Notes under the pieces: model-generated
Seen by the model: the letters and a program-made list of their open reading frames with translations, nothing else
Database searches by the model: none
Told to the model about the DNA's origin: nothing
Made by a program: the position numbers and the translations under genes
NCBI GenBank assembly: GCA_965644495.1
Contig: CBFFSA010000001.1
Span: forward strand, 2,232,001-2,296,000
DNA length: 64,000 nucleotides
Source: Perkinsela sp. CCAP 1560/9
Lineage: Eukaryota > Protista > Euglenozoa: Kinetoplastea
Reading direction: 5' to 3'
Shown here: piece after piece, positions 63,877 through 64,000 of the stretch
Numbering within the stretch: the stretch's first letter is position 1
How the letters are laid out: each line of letters starts with the position of its first letter

Positions 63877-64000
63877 CCCCCTTCCCAGACGGCATTCGAC
63901 GCCTTGCAGCCCGAGAACGGCTACGCAACCGTAGCTACCAGGACGGGCGTCCAACCCCGTTGCATCGTGTAGGCTGTGTTTCAAGCCTCCTTTGCGTAAG
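63877..64000 (-). mobile_element. SINE-B internal fragment running off the window end
   Basis: Matches 57527-57600 joined to 57711-57760, without the nested SINE-A. Confidence 0.85.

Overview
This is eukaryotic, gene-free DNA made of repeats and transposons. The host is probably a euglenozoan (kinetoplastid- or diplonemid-like), inferred from two spliced-leader-like sequences and a 5S rRNA copy. About 62% of the window (823-40670) is one array of roughly 2,200 copies of the 18-mer TTAATACAAAAAGTGATC. The array sits exactly at the 5' end of an internally deleted APE-RT-RNase H non-LTR retrotransposon. A second, near-complete copy of that element (45552-50990) carries only about 2 units of the same 18-mer at the same position, so the satellite appears to be an expanded LINE 5' terminus. 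The remaining 23 kb is a nest of mobile elements: a near-intact CRE-clade RT/RLE retrotransposon with a spliced-leader-like 5' end inside its target-site duplication, two degraded CRE relatives, two tRNA-derived SINE families sharing a central domain, a 5S copy fused to a SINE, a Helitron-like HUH Rep element whose 190-bp palindrome occurs in flip and flop forms, and a pogo-like transposase remnant. The giant repeat ORFs are treated as artefacts. All family assignments come from motif recognition by eye; no searches were run.
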